Shown one piece after another: positions 8,655 to 20,689 of a DNA stretch of 64,000 nucleotides. Position numbers and translations under genes: made by a program. Each line of letters begins with the position of its first letter. Positions within the stretch are counted from its first letter, which is position 1. This stretch comes from Candidatus Eiseniibacteriota bacterium (GTDB taxonomy: Bacteria; Eisenbacteria; RBG-16-71-46). The stretch covers positions 352,001 to 416,000 of the forward strand of contig CAVUWA010000005.1 in the NCBI GenBank assembly GCA_963744995.1, in the 5' to 3' direction. Under the pieces are notes generated by a model that worked only from the letters and a program-made list of their open reading frames with translations, did no database searches and was not told where the DNA came from.

Positions 8655-9935
8655 CTACGAGGCGCCGAGTTCCTTCAGCATCTTCACGGCATTGCTGTTG
8701 GCGGGGTTGATCTCGAGCGATTTCCGGTAGTGCTCGATCGCCTGCGCCTTGTGGCCGCTCTTCATTTCCGCTTCGCCGAGGCTGTCCCAGACGTTCGCCG
8801 ACTTCGGGTAGCTCTCGGCGTTGAGCTCCAGCAGCATCAACGCCGCGTCCATCTGCCCCGCGGCCATGAGCTGGTAGCCCATGAAGTTCACCTCGGTCTC
8901 GGTGAACGCCTTCGCGGTTGCGGGGTCCTTCTTCCACGCGCGGTAGGCAGCCTCCATCCCCGCCACGCCACCCTTCGCGAGCGCCGCCGCCAGGTGCGAG
9001 GTGAACGTGGCCAGCGTGATCTGTCGCACCGAGGAGAGCGGCGCCGGCGGCACCTCCAGCGTCGGCGGCGCGCGGTTGATGTAGTCGTTCACGTAGAGCC
9101 GGTCGCCCTGCGGACCCGCGGCGATGCCGTTCGGCAGCGTGAAGGTCGCCTCGAGCGCGGCTCCGTCCTGCTCGCCGGGCGTGCCCGTGCCCGCGAACGG
9201 GGTGACCTTGCCGTCCATGGCCACCCTGTAGAGCCGGTGTCCGCGGAAGCTCGTGGCGTAGAGGGCGCCGCGCATCGCGGCGACGTGACCGTTGCCGCCG
9301 CCGGGCAGCCGTGCGAACTCGGTGACCTTGCCGTCGCGGGTGATCTTCAGCATGCTTTCGTTCCCGAAGTTCACCACGTACAGGTTGCTGTCGGGACCCA
9401 CCGTGATGCCGTTCGGGCACTTGAAGAGATCGCTCTCAGCGAACGGCGTCACCTTTCCAGTGCTGCTCACGCGGCTCAGGGAGTTGCCGCGGCAGTTGCA
9501 GACGTATGCGTCGCCGCTCACGCGGTCGACGGCGATGCCGACCGGGCCCTCGAGCCCGCGCGCGAGGGTCTCGACATGACCCACGCGGTCGACGCGGCTG
9601 ATGAAGTCACCCCAGAAGCTCGACTGGAGCAGCCGGCCCTCCACGTCGATCGCGTTCCCCGAGGCGCCGTAGAATCCTTCGGCGAACACGCTCACCTCGC
9701 CCCACGGCCGGATCCGGTAGACCCGGTCGCGGAAGTCGGCGACGTAGATGTTGCCGAGCGCGTCCACCGCGACGCCGCCGACGGCGCCGGCGAGCGAATC
9801 GGCGACGGTGCGCACGCGATCGCCCGCCGGCGGCGCGGGCGGCGCACTCTGTGCATGGAGCGGCGCCACGGCGGAAGCGGCAAGCAGCAGGACGAGCGTG
9901 GCGCCGGCGGCGCCGCGAAGCGGGTGCCTGATCAC
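8655..9935 (-). CDS. Secreted NHL/SMP-30-like beta-propeller protein with C-terminal TPR
   Basis: Signal peptide; repeats GVAVD/GIAVD/PNGIT; TPR 'NVWDSLGEA..AIEHYRKSLEINP'. Confidence 0.8.
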   Translation of the reverse strand: MIRHPLRGAAGATLVLLLAASAVAPLHAQSAPPAPPAGDRVRTVADSLAGAVGGVAVDALGNIYVADFRDRVYRIRPWGEVSVFAEGFYGASGNAIDVEGRLLQSSFWGDFISRVDRVGHVETLARGLEGPVGIAVDRVSGDAYVCNCRGNSLSRVSSTGKVTPFAESDLFKCPNGITVGPDSNLYVVNFGNESMLKITRDGKVTEFARLPGGGNGHVAAMRGALYATSFRGHRLYRVAMDGKVTPFAGTGTPGEQDGAALEATFTLPNGIAAGPQGDRLYVNDYINRAPPTLEVPPAPLSSVRQITLATFTSHLAAALAKGGVAGMEAAYRAWKKDPATAKAFTETEVNFMGYQLMAAGQMDAALMLLELNAESYPKSANVWDSLGEAEMKSGHKAQAIEHYRKSLEINPANSNAVKMLKELGAS

Positions 9936-10069
9936 AGAAGAGTCCTCCGCAGCGAAATGGGTAGCGCCCGGTCACGGCGACCGTAGCGGCGCTGCGCACG
10001 ACGGCGCAACCTTGGGGGACGAAACGGCGCTCGCTCCCGGGCGCGCGAATGACCTAATGTGCCCCGGCC

Positions 10070-11413
10070 ATGACGAACGCCGATCCCTCCATCCTGCCGA
10101 ATCCCGCCCGTCCCGCGCCCGTCACGGTTCGCACCGTGTTCGAGACGTGGTGGCCGCTCGCCGCGAGCTGGCTGCTGATGGGCTTCGAGCTGCCGGTGGT
10201 GAGCGCGGTGATGGCGCGGCTGCCCGAGGCGACGCTCAGCCTCGCCGCCTACGGCGCGATCGTGTTCCCGCTCTCGCTCCTCATCGAGTCGCCGATCATC
10301 ATGCTGCTCTCGGCCTCGACGGCGCTGTCGCGGGACGAGACCTCGTACCGGCTGATCCGGCGCTTCGTGTTCCTCGCGGGCGGCGCACTCACGCTCGTCC
10401 ACGTCGCCATCGCGTTCACGCCGCTCTACGACTGGCTGATCGGCCACGTCATGGGGGTACCGGCGGTGGTGGCCGAGCACGGCCGCATCGGCCTGCGGAT
10501 CATGACGCCGTGGACGCTGTCGATCGCGTTCCGCCGCTTTCAGCAGGGCGTGCTGATCCGCAACGGGCAGTCGGGCGCGGTGGGGGTCGGCACCGGCGTG
10601 CGGCTCGGCACGAACGTCGTCGTGCTCGGCATCGCATGGAGCCACGGCCACGTCCCCGGTATCGTCGCCGGCACCACCGCCGTCGCGCTCGGCGTGATCG
10701 CCGAGGCCGTCTACGCGGGCTACCGGGTACGGCCGGTGCTGCGCGATCACGTGTGGCCGGCGCCCGCGCAGGCGCAGCCGCTCGGCTGGCCGCGCTTCAT
10801 GCGCTTCTACCTGCCGCTCATGGTGACGCCGGTGCTGATGTTCGTGGCGATGCCGCTCACCAGCGCCGCGATGAGCCGCATGCCGCATGCGATCGACTCG
10901 CTCGCTGCGTGGCCGGTGGTCATGGGGCTGGTGTTCTCGCTGCGCAGCGTGTGCTTCGGCCTGAACGAAGTCGTGGTCGCGCTGCTCGAGCGCCCGGGGG
11001 CGCTGCCGGCGCTCCGGGCGTTCACGCGCCGGCTCGCACTCTCGACCTCGGCCGGGCTGGCGCTGCTCGCGGCGACGCCGCTCGGCGCGTTCTGGTTCGG
11101 CGGCGTCTCGGCGCTCGAACCGAAGCTGGTGGCGCTCGCCCTGCCCGGCCTCTGGGTCGCTTTCCTGCTGCCGGCGATCACCGCGTTCCAGAGCCTCTAC
11201 CAGGGAACGCTCGTCCACGCGCACGCGACCCGCGGCGTCACCGAGGCGATCGTCGCCTACCTCGCAACGGTGATCGCCGTGCTCGCCGCCGGCAGCCGGA
11301 TCCCCGGCCTGCCCGGCCTCTACGTCGGGCTCGCCGCGACCACGATCGGCAACGGCGTGCAGACGCTGTGGCTGTGGCGGCGGGCGCGCGCGCTCGAGGC
11401 CGCGCCGGCCTGA
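10070..11413 (+). CDS. MOP superfamily (MATE/ANKH-like) polytopic membrane protein
   Basis: About 12 hydrophobic segments in two repeated halves (WWPLAASWLLM / YLPLMVTPVLM). Confidence 0.65.
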   Translation: MTNADPSILPNPARPAPVTVRTVFETWWPLAASWLLMGFELPVVSAVMARLPEATLSLAAYGAIVFPLSLLIESPIIMLLSASTALSRDETSYRLIRRFVFLAGGALTLVHVAIAFTPLYDWLIGHVMGVPAVVAEHGRIGLRIMTPWTLSIAFRRFQQGVLIRNGQSGAVGVGTGVRLGTNVVVLGIAWSHGHVPGIVAGTTAVALGVIAEAVYAGYRVRPVLRDHVWPAPAQAQPLGWPRFMRFYLPLMVTPVLMFVAMPLTSAAMSRMPHAIDSLAAWPVVMGLVFSLRSVCFGLNEVVVALLERPGALPALRAFTRRLALSTSAGLALLAATPLGAFWFGGVSALEPKLVALALPGLWVAFLLPAITAFQSLYQGTLVHAHATRGVTEAIVAYLATVIAVLAAGSRIPGLPGLYVGLAATTIGNGVQTLWLWRRARALEAAPA

Positions 11414-11417
11414 GCCG

Positions 11418-14177
11418 CTAGCGACCCGGACGGAATGCGCCGAGCACGATCTCGAGCCGGCGCACGCGGAACTCCTCGCCCGCCTGCATGACGCCGAAGA
11501 TGCGGCCGTCCGGTATCGCGCTCCAGTTCGCGAGTCCCACGTCGGCGGCGTCGAACAGGCGCTCGACCCCGGTCACGCGCGGCGCCGGTTCGAAGCGCAG
11601 CGTCACCGACTTGACGACGCTGAACGAGTCGGAGCAGGCGACCTCGTGATCGCCGAACCAGCCGGTCGGATTTCCGCCGGCGAGGATCGGTGTGACCGGG
11701 CCGATCCGCCCGTCGCGGTAGGGCGTGACGTAGGCCTGTCGGCTCCCCGAGCGGTCCGACGAGAACGCCAGCCACGCGCCGTCCCTCGAGAAGTACGCGC
11801 TGCCGTTGCGCTGACCGTCGGCGATCAGCGGCACGACGTCATAAGGGCCGTCGGGATCCTGCTCGAACCGCACCAGCCGCAGATCGCGGTGCCCGGCCTC
11901 GGGGAACGCGAGGACCAGACCTTTCGCGCCCGGAAGCCACGAGGTCGGCAATGGCCGCGCGTTGGTGGGGAGCACGCGCCGGCCCAGCCCGCTGTCGCCG
12001 GTGCGGCGGACGTAGACGCCCGACAGCGAGTCCCCGCCGGTCGCGCGGAACGCGATCCACTCGCCGTCCGCGGAGAGCACCGGGGTGCCGAGGTCCAGTT
12101 CGCTCGACGCCACCGCCCGGCGCGGGTAGGGCGTCGCCATGTCGCTCACCCAGATCTCGTCGATGCCGCGGGCGTTCGTCACCGTGAACGCCGCGAGACG
12201 GCCGTCGGCCGACACCATCGGAGGAAAGTTGTAGTTGTAGGTCTTCGGCCACGCGTCCCATCGTGACGCGTGACCCGACCGGTCGAGCGTCGCCAGCACC
12301 CGTCCCTCCGACACACGGCCTCCGGGCGCGAACACCACAGTGCCGTTCCCCGACGTGACGAAGCAGCCCGGCGTGAACCCGCCGAACGTGCGGATGCCGC
12401 CGAGCACCGCGACCGGCTCGCCGCTGATCTCGCCGCGGCGCGCGTCGAAGCGGGCCCGGAGCAGCGCGTCGCCCCGCGAGAACATCAGGTCCCCGTCCGG
12501 CAGGAAGTGCGGGTGCCCCGCGTCGCGCAGCACCGTCTTCGCTTTGCCGCTCCCGACGTCCACCAGGAGCATGTTGCGAGACCAGCCCTGCGCGTCGAAC
12601 GTGCTGCCGCCGATCAGCACCCGGCGCGCGTCCAGCACCGCGCCGGCGTCGAGGAACTGCAGGAAGACGTACGACTGCGGGCGATCGGCGTGGATCACCA
12701 CGGGGTCCGCGGCCTGTCCCGAGGCGTCCACCAGCTCGAGGCGGTCCTGATCGTCGAGGAACAGGAAGTGCCCGCCGGGCAGCGGAACGAAGTCCGGGAA
12801 CCAGGGCTCCGGCAGCTCGAAGACCTGCACGGGCGGCGCGCTGCCGTCGTACGGCACGCGCTGCAGCGCCCGGCGGCCGCCTTCGCCGATGCGCCCGACG
12901 AAGAACACGTCGCGCCCGTCCGCGCTCACGTGCGGGCGCGTCAGGGCATCACGCGTTCCTGGAATCACCCGGAACTCGGTGGAGGCGAGATCGCGCACGC
13001 AGATCATGGCGTGGTTGCGATCGGGGCCGTCGTCCGGCACCGCCAGCATCAGCACCGCGCGGCCGTCGGGATGGAGTGCGATCGGCACCCCATTCTCGAG
13101 CCCGCTGGTGAAGAGCTGCAGATGTTCGGGGATCTCGAGGGACAGCCGCGTGCCGGGCGGCACGACGCCGGTCCCGCGCGGTGCGAGCCACGCGAACGCG
13201 GCCGCGCCGAACGCCACGCCGAGCACGAGCGCCGCCACCGGCAGCAGCCACCCCGGCCAGCGCGGCCGGAGGCCCTGTGAGGGCGCGGCGAAGCCCGACC
13301 CCGAGGAGGAGGTGAGCGCCGCGTGAATGCCCTCGAGCTCGAGGCGCACGTCACCGGCGTCGCGCAGGCGCTTGCGCGGGTCCTTCTCGAGCATGCGGCC
13401 CAGCAGTTCGCGCAGGCGGTCCGGCGTGCGCCCGGGCAGCGCGTTCCACTCGGGCTCGCCCTGGAGGATGCGCGCGATCATGTCCGACGTGGTCTCGCCC
13501 GCGAACGCCTGGCGGCCGGTCAGGCACTCGTACAGCACGCAGCCCAGCGCCCAGATGTCGGTGCGGCGGTCCATCGCGCGGCCGCGCGCCTGTTCGGGGC
13601 TCATGTAGGCGGCGGTGCCGAGAATCACCCCCACCCCGGTCGCGCCAACGGTGAGCGTCGGCGAGTTGGACAGATTGACGTTCGATGCCGACGACCCCGC
13701 CGCGTCGCCCTTCGCGAGGCCGAAGTCGAGCACCTTGACCTCGCCGCCCGGCGTGAGCTTGACGTTGCCTGGCTTCAGGTCGCGATGGACGATGCCCTGA
13801 TCGTGCGCGGCCTCGAGCCCCGCCGCGATCTGGCGACATACGTCGAGCGCCTCGTCCACCGGCAGCGCGCCGCTGTCCAGCCGCTCGGCCAGCGTCTCGC
13901 CCTCGACGTACTCCAGCACCAGGAAGCGGCGGCCCGCATCCTCCTCGATGCCGTAGATCCCGGCCACGTTCGGGTGATGGAGCGCCGCCAGCAGGCGGGC
14001 TTCGCGCTCGAACCGGGCGAGTCGCTCGGGGTCGCTGGCAAAGGCGTCGGGAATCACCTTGATCGCGACGGCGCGGTCGAGGCGCGGGTCGCGCGCGAGG
14101 TAGACGACACCCATGCCGCCGCGCCCGACCTCGCGCTCGACGGTATAGGGTCCGATGTTCTGCGGCAGCGCGTTCAG
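11418..14177 (-). CDS. Ser/Thr protein kinase with TM and C-terminal TolB-like (PD40) propellers (probable CTG start)
   Basis: [26 protein letters not shown]; the Gly-loop starts upstream of ATG14114; GGAG 6 nt before CTG14177. Confidence 0.9.
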   Translation of the reverse strand: MNALPQNIGPYTVEREVGRGGMGVVYLARDPRLDRAVAIKVIPDAFASDPERLARFEREARLLAALHHPNVAGIYGIEEDAGRRFLVLEYVEGETLAERLDSGALPVDEALDVCRQIAAGLEAAHDQGIVHRDLKPGNVKLTPGGEVKVLDFGLAKGDAAGSSASNVNLSNSPTLTVGATGVGVILGTAAYMSPEQARGRAMDRRTDIWALGCVLYECLTGRQAFAGETTSDMIARILQGEPEWNALPGRTPDRLRELLGRMLEKDPRKRLRDAGDVRLELEGIHAALTSSSGSGFAAPSQGLRPRWPGWLLPVAALVLGVAFGAAAFAWLAPRGTGVVPPGTRLSLEIPEHLQLFTSGLENGVPIALHPDGRAVLMLAVPDDGPDRNHAMICVRDLASTEFRVIPGTRDALTRPHVSADGRDVFFVGRIGEGGRRALQRVPYDGSAPPVQVFELPEPWFPDFVPLPGGHFLFLDDQDRLELVDASGQAADPVVIHADRPQSYVFLQFLDAGAVLDARRVLIGGSTFDAQGWSRNMLLVDVGSGKAKTVLRDAGHPHFLPDGDLMFSRGDALLRARFDARRGEISGEPVAVLGGIRTFGGFTPGCFVTSGNGTVVFAPGGRVSEGRVLATLDRSGHASRWDAWPKTYNYNFPPMVSADGRLAAFTVTNARGIDEIWVSDMATPYPRRAVASSELDLGTPVLSADGEWIAFRATGGDSLSGVYVRRTGDSGLGRRVLPTNARPLPTSWLPGAKGLVLAFPEAGHRDLRLVRFEQDPDGPYDVVPLIADGQRNGSAYFSRDGAWLAFSSDRSGSRQAYVTPYRDGRIGPVTPILAGGNPTGWFGDHEVACSDSFSVVKSVTLRFEPAPRVTGVERLFDAADVGLANWSAIPDGRIFGVMQAGEEFRVRRLEIVLGAFRPGR

Positions 14178-14220
14178 CTGCGGCTCCGGAGCGTCTGCCG
14201 GCCGTGCCTCGAGCGGGCGC

Positions 14221-15846
14221 TCATGCGCCGCGACGGATCATCATGAGCGTGATGTCGTCCGCCCGCGGCGAGTCGGCGACGAAGGCCGCGACCGCGTCGA
14301 TCACGTGGGCGCGCACCTTGTCGAGCGGACCCTGTCGCGAGGCGGCAGCCAGCGTCTCCCGCACGCGCTCGTCGTCGAAGAACTCGGGGCCGTGCTGGGC
14401 CTCGGGAATCCCGTCGCTGAACAGCGCGAGCAACTCGCCGCGCTGAAGCTGCAGGGTCTCGGTCTGGTAGGGGAAGTCCTCGAGAATGCCGAACGGAATG
14501 CCGGTGCTCGGATGCTCACGCACCTCCCCGTCCTTGACGATGCACACCGGCAGATGCCCCGCGTTCACGTATTCGATTTTCCCGCTTGCAGGATCGAGAC
14601 ACCCGATGATCCCGGTGATGAAGTGTCCGGGGTCGGTCTGCTGGCACATCACGCGCGAGAGGCGTGACGCGAACTCGCCGGGATCCTGGCAGCTGTCGTA
14701 CAGCACCCGCGCCGACGACAGGAACGACGACATCAGCAGTGCGGCGCCCATGCCCTTGCCCGACACGTCGCCGATCAGGAACATCAGCCGCCCGTCGCCG
14801 CGGAAGCGGAAGTCGTAGAGGTCGCCGCCCACCTCGTAGCAGGTCTGCAGATAGCCGTCGATCTCGTAGCCCTCGACCTTCGGCATGGACAGGGGCAGCA
14901 GGCCCATCTGGATCTGCGTCGCGGTCGCCAGCTCCTGGGCGAGCCGCTGCTGCGCGGCCTCGGCCTCCAGCAGCCGCGCGTTGGTGATCTTCACCGCGGC
15001 CATGTTGGCGAGCAGCGTCAGCAGCTCGAGCTGCTCCTCGGTGAACGAGTGCGCGACGTTCTGGCTGTCGATGTACAGGATGCCCAGCACCCTCTGGTTG
15101 TCGAACAGCGGCACCGCCATCGCCGAGCGTACCGCCTGGGCGACGATGCTGTGCTGGCCCTGGAACCGCGGGTCGCTCGCCGCGTCGCCCGTCAGCACCG
15201 AGGTGTTCTCCTGCATCACGGAGTTGATGATCGAGCGCGACAGCGCGAGCGGCTGATTCGCTCCGGCGCCGTGCACCCGCGCGGCGATCTGCTCGGGGTC
15301 GCCATCCGCCGTCTCCTGCATCAGCAGGATGTAGCGGTTGGCCGGGATCGCCCGTTCGACGATCGTGAGGATCTGGTCCGCGGTCTCCTTGAGCGGCCGC
15401 GGCAGCACGAGCAGGTGACCGGCCTCGGCGAGCAGATGCACGAGTTTGTCGGACTCCACGTTGGAGCGACCGCGGCGATCGAGCACCTGGTCCATGCGCA
15501 CCCGCACCGAGGAGCTGATCACCGTCGCTTCGGAGAGCCGGACGCGCTGGGTCGGCGCCTCGCGCGTCACCCGGCACATGACGTGGCCGATCTCGACCGT
15601 GTCGCCGGCGACGATTTCGCTGGCCTCGGTCGCTTCGGCCCCGTTCACCCGGGTGCCGTTGCGGCTGCCGAGATCGCGCAGGTAGAAGTGCTCACCGCGG
15701 CGCACGATCTCGGCGTGCTCCTTGGACACCGTGGCATCGGCGATCTGGATGGCGTTCCTGGAAGAACGGCCGACCGTCATCGTGGCCGCTTCGAGCGGCC
15801 ACACCTTGAACTCGTCGGCGATCGTTCCCGAGAGATAGAGCATCAT
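14221..15846 (-). CDS. FHA-GAF-PP2C (SpoIIE/RsbU-like) phosphatase
   Basis: FHA GR..S..H..DLGSRNGT; GAF; PP2C VGGDLY, IGDVSGKG, FSDG, DDIT. Confidence 0.92.
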   Translation of the reverse strand: MMLYLSGTIADEFKVWPLEAATMTVGRSSRNAIQIADATVSKEHAEIVRRGEHFYLRDLGSRNGTRVNGAEATEASEIVAGDTVEIGHVMCRVTREAPTQRVRLSEATVISSSVRVRMDQVLDRRGRSNVESDKLVHLLAEAGHLLVLPRPLKETADQILTIVERAIPANRYILLMQETADGDPEQIAARVHGAGANQPLALSRSIINSVMQENTSVLTGDAASDPRFQGQHSIVAQAVRSAMAVPLFDNQRVLGILYIDSQNVAHSFTEEQLELLTLLANMAAVKITNARLLEAEAAQQRLAQELATATQIQMGLLPLSMPKVEGYEIDGYLQTCYEVGGDLYDFRFRGDGRLMFLIGDVSGKGMGAALLMSSFLSSARVLYDSCQDPGEFASRLSRVMCQQTDPGHFITGIIGCLDPASGKIEYVNAGHLPVCIVKDGEVREHPSTGIPFGILEDFPYQTETLQLQRGELLALFSDGIPEAQHGPEFFDDERVRETLAAASRQGPLDKVRAHVIDAVAAFVADSPRADDITLMMIRRGA

Positions 15847-16030
15847 GCGGGGAAGTCTCCGCTCCGGGTGAGGGGCTGCGCGGGCCGAATGTCGGGCCGG
15901 TCCGCGGGCGCGCCGCGCCGTTCCCTCGCGTCCCGGCGCGGCCCACCGGACGACAGGGCCGAAAGATAGCACGCGGCGGCATCCGGCGGCAGCGCCGGGC
16001 GGGCCGTGGCACCGGGCCCCCGGCCGGCCG

Positions 16031-17266
<1,236 letters not shown>

Positions 17267-17435
17267 CGCGGCAAAGTAGCAGGTCCGGCGGGCGACGGGC
17301 GCCGGCCAGCGTTCGCTACGTGACCCGCGTGCGCCACACCGGAGCCTACGCCACGCCGCGGCGAGTGGTGGCGGCGCCGCGGGCTGGTTCCGGAAGGCGC
17401 AGTCATCGAGGATCGACAACTCCTGGCCGGCCGAC

Positions 17436-17525
17436 GCAGGTGTCCGCGCAGACACCCAGGTTTACATAATCACATGCCCCGGGGAACGTCAGGCTTGCAT
17501 CGTCACTGTCTGCGCAGACACCTGC
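17436..17525. repeat. 19-bp inverted repeats flanking a 52-bp core
   Basis: gcaggtgtccgcgcagaca (17436-17454) / tgtctgcgcagacacctgc (17507-17525), 1 mismatch. Confidence 0.75.
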
Positions 17526-17597
17526 CGCGCGGATACGAGTCGCGCACGGAGGTGCAGAAGTGCGGGCCGGTGCACGCCAATCCGAATCAGGGGCGCG

Positions 17598-19640
17598 CTA
17601 CACGCCGTACTCCTCCGCCGGCTTCCCCATCAGCCAGTGATCGAACCACTTGACCAGGTGCTCGAGCCGCTGCACGCGCCTGGATGGCGTGCCACTGCGC
17701 GAGAGCTCGTGGTTCTCACCCGGGAAGCGGATCATCACCGTGGGCTTTCGCCGCGCCTTCAGGCCGCGGAACATGATCTCGCCCTGCCCGATCGGCGTGC
17801 GCCAGTCCTCTTCGCTGTGGATCACCATCAGCGGCGTCTCGATCTTCGACAGGAAGTGCCCGGGCGAGCGTTCCTGGAACTCCTGCGGATCCTCGAACGG
17901 CGCCTTCTTGAACCAGCTCTGCGTGTACAGCGTGAAGTCGCTCGAGTACCACATCGTGGCCCAGTCGGCGACGCAGCGCTGGGTCGCCGCGGCGGCGAAG
18001 CGCCGGGTCCGGGTGACGATCCAGTTGGTGAGCAGGCCGCCACCCGATCCGCCGGTCACGCCCATGCGTTTCTCGTCCACGTAACCCTTGGCAATCACGT
18101 GATCCACGCCCGCCATCAGGTCCTTGTAGTCGTCGCCCGGGTAGCGGTACTGAATCACGTTGCCGAATTCGAGGCCGTACGAGGTGCTGCCGCGCGGATT
18201 GGTGTAGAGCACGACGTAACCGGCCGCGGCCAGCACGCGGAACTCGTGGAAGAACGCCACCCCGTACGGCACGTGCGGGCCGCCATGAATCTCGAGGATC
18301 AGCGGGTACTTGCGCGCGGGGTCGAAGTCGGCCGGCTTCACGATCCAGGCCTGGATCTTCGTGCCGTCGAACGAGTCGTACCAGAATTCCTCGACCGCGC
18401 CGAGTTTCGCCCGGTCGAGGCGCGCCGCGCCCGGGCGCCATAGCGTGCGCAACGACCCCGCGGCATCGTCGTACACGCACAGATCGCCGATCGCATCCAC
18501 GGCGCCCACCACCAGCGCGAAGCGCGTCGCGTCGGCGTTCGCCGAGCCCGCGCTCACCTCGTGGTGCGGGTCGGTCAGCTCTTCCATGGCGCCGTCCTGC
18601 ACACGGACGCGCGCCAGCATGGCGGCGCCGTGGCGCACCACCACGGCGTAGACGTTCGCGCCGTCGCGATCGAAGGCGAGCGGCGCCGCACCGCCGCCGC
18701 GCGGCGCGTGCTGATCACCGGAGATGCCGTCGTTGAAGTCGAAGTCGATGGACTCGGTGAGAGCGTGCTGGGCCGTGCGCGGCCACTCACCCTCGAACAG
18801 GAGCAGTCGGGTCGGATCGCAGCTGCGCGGGCGCTCGGGGCGGATGTCGCCGGTCGCGATGATGCGGCCGTCATGGCCTTCCGCCCACGCCATGATCGGG
18901 CCGTGCACCTGGGCGACCACCTGCATGCCCTCTTCGCCGGCCGGCGCCGCGAGGTCGGGCGACACGGCGTACAGTTTCTGCTCGTCGTGCTCGAACCAGG
19001 GCTCGGCGCGGCGGTCCGACAGCACGAAGATCCAGCGGCCGTCGCGCGACCAGCCCGGCGCGCTCACCGGATATTCGCCCGCGGTGAGGCGGCGCGGGGC
19101 GCCCCCGGCCGAATCGATCACCCACAGCTGCGAGGGCCGCTCGGGGTCGATGAAACCCTCGTTGTTCCAGCGGAAGACCGGCTTCGTGACCACGCGCCCG
19201 GGCTCGTGCTTCGGCTTCTTCTTCTTCGGGTCGTCGTCGAGATCCGGCCGGTGGGAGCTGATGAATGCGATGCGCCGGCCGTCGGGCGACCACGCCGGGG
19301 AGGAGGCGCCCTTGGCGAGCGAGGTCAGGGTCGCGGCCTCGCCGCCCGACATGGGCAGCACGCACAGCTGCGGCGTCTGCTCCTCCTTGTCCTTCGCTTC
19401 CTTGCGGCGCACGAACGCGAGACGGGCGCCGTCCGGGGACCAGCGCGGCTGGGCGTCGTGAGGGCCCTGCGTGAGCGGGCGCGGGTTCGCCTCGCCCACG
19501 GCGTCGGCGATCCAGATCGCGGTGCGGTACTCGTCGGCTTCCGCATCCACGTGGACCCGGGTGAACGCGACGCGCGTGCCATCGGGTGAGATCTGCGGAT
19601 CGGCGGCCCATTCGAACTCGAGAAGATCTTCCGCGCGCAT
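17598..19640 (-). CDS. S9 family peptidase (acylaminoacyl/dipeptidyl peptidase)
   Basis: PD40 propeller; IHGGP; GGSGGG nucleophile; DWR and GENH catalytic motifs. Confidence 0.93.
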   Translation of the reverse strand: MRAEDLLEFEWAADPQISPDGTRVAFTRVHVDAEADEYRTAIWIADAVGEANPRPLTQGPHDAQPRWSPDGARLAFVRRKEAKDKEEQTPQLCVLPMSGGEAATLTSLAKGASSPAWSPDGRRIAFISSHRPDLDDDPKKKKPKHEPGRVVTKPVFRWNNEGFIDPERPSQLWVIDSAGGAPRRLTAGEYPVSAPGWSRDGRWIFVLSDRRAEPWFEHDEQKLYAVSPDLAAPAGEEGMQVVAQVHGPIMAWAEGHDGRIIATGDIRPERPRSCDPTRLLLFEGEWPRTAQHALTESIDFDFNDGISGDQHAPRGGGAAPLAFDRDGANVYAVVVRHGAAMLARVRVQDGAMEELTDPHHEVSAGSANADATRFALVVGAVDAIGDLCVYDDAAGSLRTLWRPGAARLDRAKLGAVEEFWYDSFDGTKIQAWIVKPADFDPARKYPLILEIHGGPHVPYGVAFFHEFRVLAAAGYVVLYTNPRGSTSYGLEFGNVIQYRYPGDDYKDLMAGVDHVIAKGYVDEKRMGVTGGSGGGLLTNWIVTRTRRFAAAATQRCVADWATMWYSSDFTLYTQSWFKKAPFEDPQEFQERSPGHFLSKIETPLMVIHSEEDWRTPIGQGEIMFRGLKARRKPTVMIRFPGENHELSRSGTPSRRVQRLEHLVKWFDHWLMGKPAEEYGV

Positions 19641-19817
19641 TCGGCGTTCTCCGGCGTGGGGGAATGAAGGCTTCGGCGTCCGCAGGCTATGGGAGCCGTC
19701 GCAAAGGGTCAACGGGCGCGCGACGGACGCCTGCCCGCAGGCGCCGGACGCCGTATTGCGACCTGGACCCGGGCTGGGCTAACCTCGCCCCCTCCACGCC
19801 ATCGCGAGGTCCTCACG

Positions 19818-20669
19818 TTGAGCGTTTCTCCCCCGGCTCCCGACAGCCGTATCGCCCCACCCCGTGGTCTCGAGCGGCTGCGCCGCGACGTTCGCGACAT
19901 GCTGCACGAGCTGGTCGAGTACCGCGACCTCCTCATCACGATGAGTCGCCGCGACCTCCTGTTGCGCTACAAGCAGACGATCATGGGCTTCGGCTGGGCG
20001 ATCCTCATGCCGTTCACCTACATGATCGTGTTCACGGTCATCTTCACGCGCGTGGTGCCGCTGAAGACCGACGTGCCCTACCCGATCTATTCGTACACGG
20101 GGCTCCTGCCCTGGAACTTCTTCGCCTCGTCGCTGCGCTTCGCGGTCGGCACGCTGGTCACGAATCGGACGCTGGTCACGAAGGTGTACTTCCCGCGCGA
20201 GATTCTGCCGTTCTCGGTGATCCTGGTGTCGCTGGTGGACTTCGGAGTGGGTGCGATCCTGCTCGCCGGTCTGATGGTCTACTACAAGGTCGCGATCACC
20301 TGGGCGATCCTGTTCCTGCCGGTGGTGCTGGCGGTGCAGATCCTGTTCACGGCCGGCGTCACGCTGCTGCTCTCCATGGCCAACCTGTTCTTCCGCGACG
20401 TGAAGTATCTGATCGAGATCGTGATCACCCTGTGGATGTTCGCGACCTCGGTGGTCTATCCGGTCGACCGGGTCGGCGGTCGGGAAGGCGCGCTGCTCGC
20501 GCTGAATCCGATGACCCCGATCATCGACGCCTACCGCGCGGTGGTGCTGCAGGGCCACCTCCCGGCGCCGGGCCCGTTCCTGTACGCGGCGGTGTTCTCG
20601 GTGGTGCTGCTGATCGTGGCGTGGATCGCGTTCCACCGCACCGAGCCGGTCTTCGCCGAGAGCATCTGA
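19818..20669 (+). CDS. wzm: Polysaccharide ABC exporter permease
   Basis: 'RYKQTIMGFGWAILMP', 'KVYFPR', 'LNPMTPIIDAYR'; GAGGT RBS before TTG19818. Confidence 0.9.
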   Translation: MSVSPPAPDSRIAPPRGLERLRRDVRDMLHELVEYRDLLITMSRRDLLLRYKQTIMGFGWAILMPFTYMIVFTVIFTRVVPLKTDVPYPIYSYTGLLPWNFFASSLRFAVGTLVTNRTLVTKVYFPREILPFSVILVSLVDFGVGAILLAGLMVYYKVAITWAILFLPVVLAVQILFTAGVTLLLSMANLFFRDVKYLIEIVITLWMFATSVVYPVDRVGGREGALLALNPMTPIIDAYRAVVLQGHLPAPGPFLYAAVFSVVLLIVAWIAFHRTEPVFAESI

Positions 20670-20689
20670 GCCATGATCGGGGGGCCCGC

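Noticed and set aside
6904..9420. 838-aa ORF
   Set aside because: Its upstream part is an off-frame shadow of the NHL-TPR and ECF genes; the real gene starts at 7881 with an RBS.
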